Source of the DNA: a virus
Lineage: Duplodnaviria; Caudoviricetes
Length of the DNA: 27,460 bases
IMG/VR virus record: IMGVR_UViG_3300037470_000319
Coordinates: 1-27,460 of that record
Reading direction: 5' to 3' (one strand)
This document shows, piece by piece, positions 26,848-27,460 of this stretch (position 1 is its first letter; every line of letters begins with the position of its first letter). The notes under the pieces were generated by a model, which worked only from the letters and a program-made list of their open reading frames with translations, ran no database searches and was not told the origin of the DNA. Both the position numbers and the translations under genes were made by a program.

Positions 26848-27294
26848 ATGTCAGAGGGAATCATCGAAGTGTCTGAGGAACTGTCCGACAAGGAGATCAA
26901 CTTTGAGAACATGCGTGCCAAGCAGGACGCTCTCGAAGCTCGACTTGCCGAACTGGAACCTCTCGCCGTTGAGAAGGCGGTCAGGAGTGCAGGGTTCGAC
27001 CCGGACACTCCCGCAGGGAAAGCCCTCGCAAGACTCGCCGTACCAGGGTCGGACGCGGACGCTGTGAAATCTCTAGCCGAAGAGCTCGGCTTTGAGGCTG
27101 CGTCCAGGCCGGTCTTGACTCCGACGGAGCAGGCTGCCGTACTGAGTGCGGACGGTCTACGCGATTTGAATTCGGTGACATCTTCTGACGAGCCGCCAAC
27201 AGAAACCCAGGCGATCGAGGAAGCGCAGGCAGCAGGAGACTGGGGCCTTTCGGGCCGGTTGAAACTGCAGCAGTTCCTTGGTGCTAACGGCTGA
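26848..27294 (+). CDS. Capsid scaffolding protein
   Basis: AAGGAG RBS; acidic coiled coil; immediately precedes the capsid gene. Confidence 0.7.
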   Translation: MSEGIIEVSEELSDKEINFENMRAKQDALEARLAELEPLAVEKAVRSAGFDPDTPAGKALARLAVPGSDADAVKSLAEELGFEAASRPVLTPTEQAAVLSADGLRDLNSVTSSDEPPTETQAIEEAQAAGDWGLSGRLKLQQFLGANG

Positions 27295-27320
27295 TGGTGG
27301 CCGCGTAAAGGAGATAGCAA

Positions 27321-27460
27321 ATGGCTTCCGTTTCAGGACAAGCCACCACAGTCAATCTTGTCAACTTTGTTGGCGAGCTTTTCAACCTGACCGGCCGGGA
27401 CGCCCCGTTCAAAACGCTTGCAGCGATGAACGGTGTCCGTCAGGTCGCAGGTAAGCAGTT
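27321..27460 (+). CDS. Major capsid protein, N-terminal fragment (runs off the window)
   Basis: AAGGAG RBS; MASVSGQATTVNLVNFVGELFNLTGRDAPF resembles N-termini of DUF5309/SU10-like capsid proteins; follows the scaffold gene. Confidence 0.65.
   Translation, partial: MASVSGQATTVNLVNFVGELFNLTGRDAPFKTLAAMNGVRQVAGKQ

Overview
A 27.5 kb, GC-rich segment of a tailed dsDNA phage or prophage with podovirus-like head and ejection genes; the host is probably actinobacterial (inference). All credible genes lie on the + strand, and many are translationally coupled. From left to right: (1) an FtsH-like AAA+ zinc protease, a small membrane-anchored protein and an SPFH/prohibitin protein; (2) a replication-initiator-like gene with internal iteron-like repeats; (3) an array of small accessory genes, including a NinG-like nuclease and a phage Dam-type methylase, whose junctions share 11-15 bp direct repeats; (4) a trypsin-like serine protease and an endonuclease VII; (5) an intergenic strand-skew flip; (6) a large terminase with a Zn-finger/HTH N-terminal extension, tail-accessory genes, portal, and large internal virion proteins including a peptidoglycan-binding protein and an M15-like peptidase; (7) a 450 bp highly structured non-coding region; (8) scaffold and the start of the major capsid gene. 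The strongest candidates for something new are the phage-borne FtsH+SPFH membrane protease module, the repeat-bounded gene array, an exact 22 bp promoter-like element shared by the serine protease and the scaffold/capsid unit, and two structured RNA candidates upstream of the scaffold gene. All family calls come from motif recognition by eye; no database searches were run.
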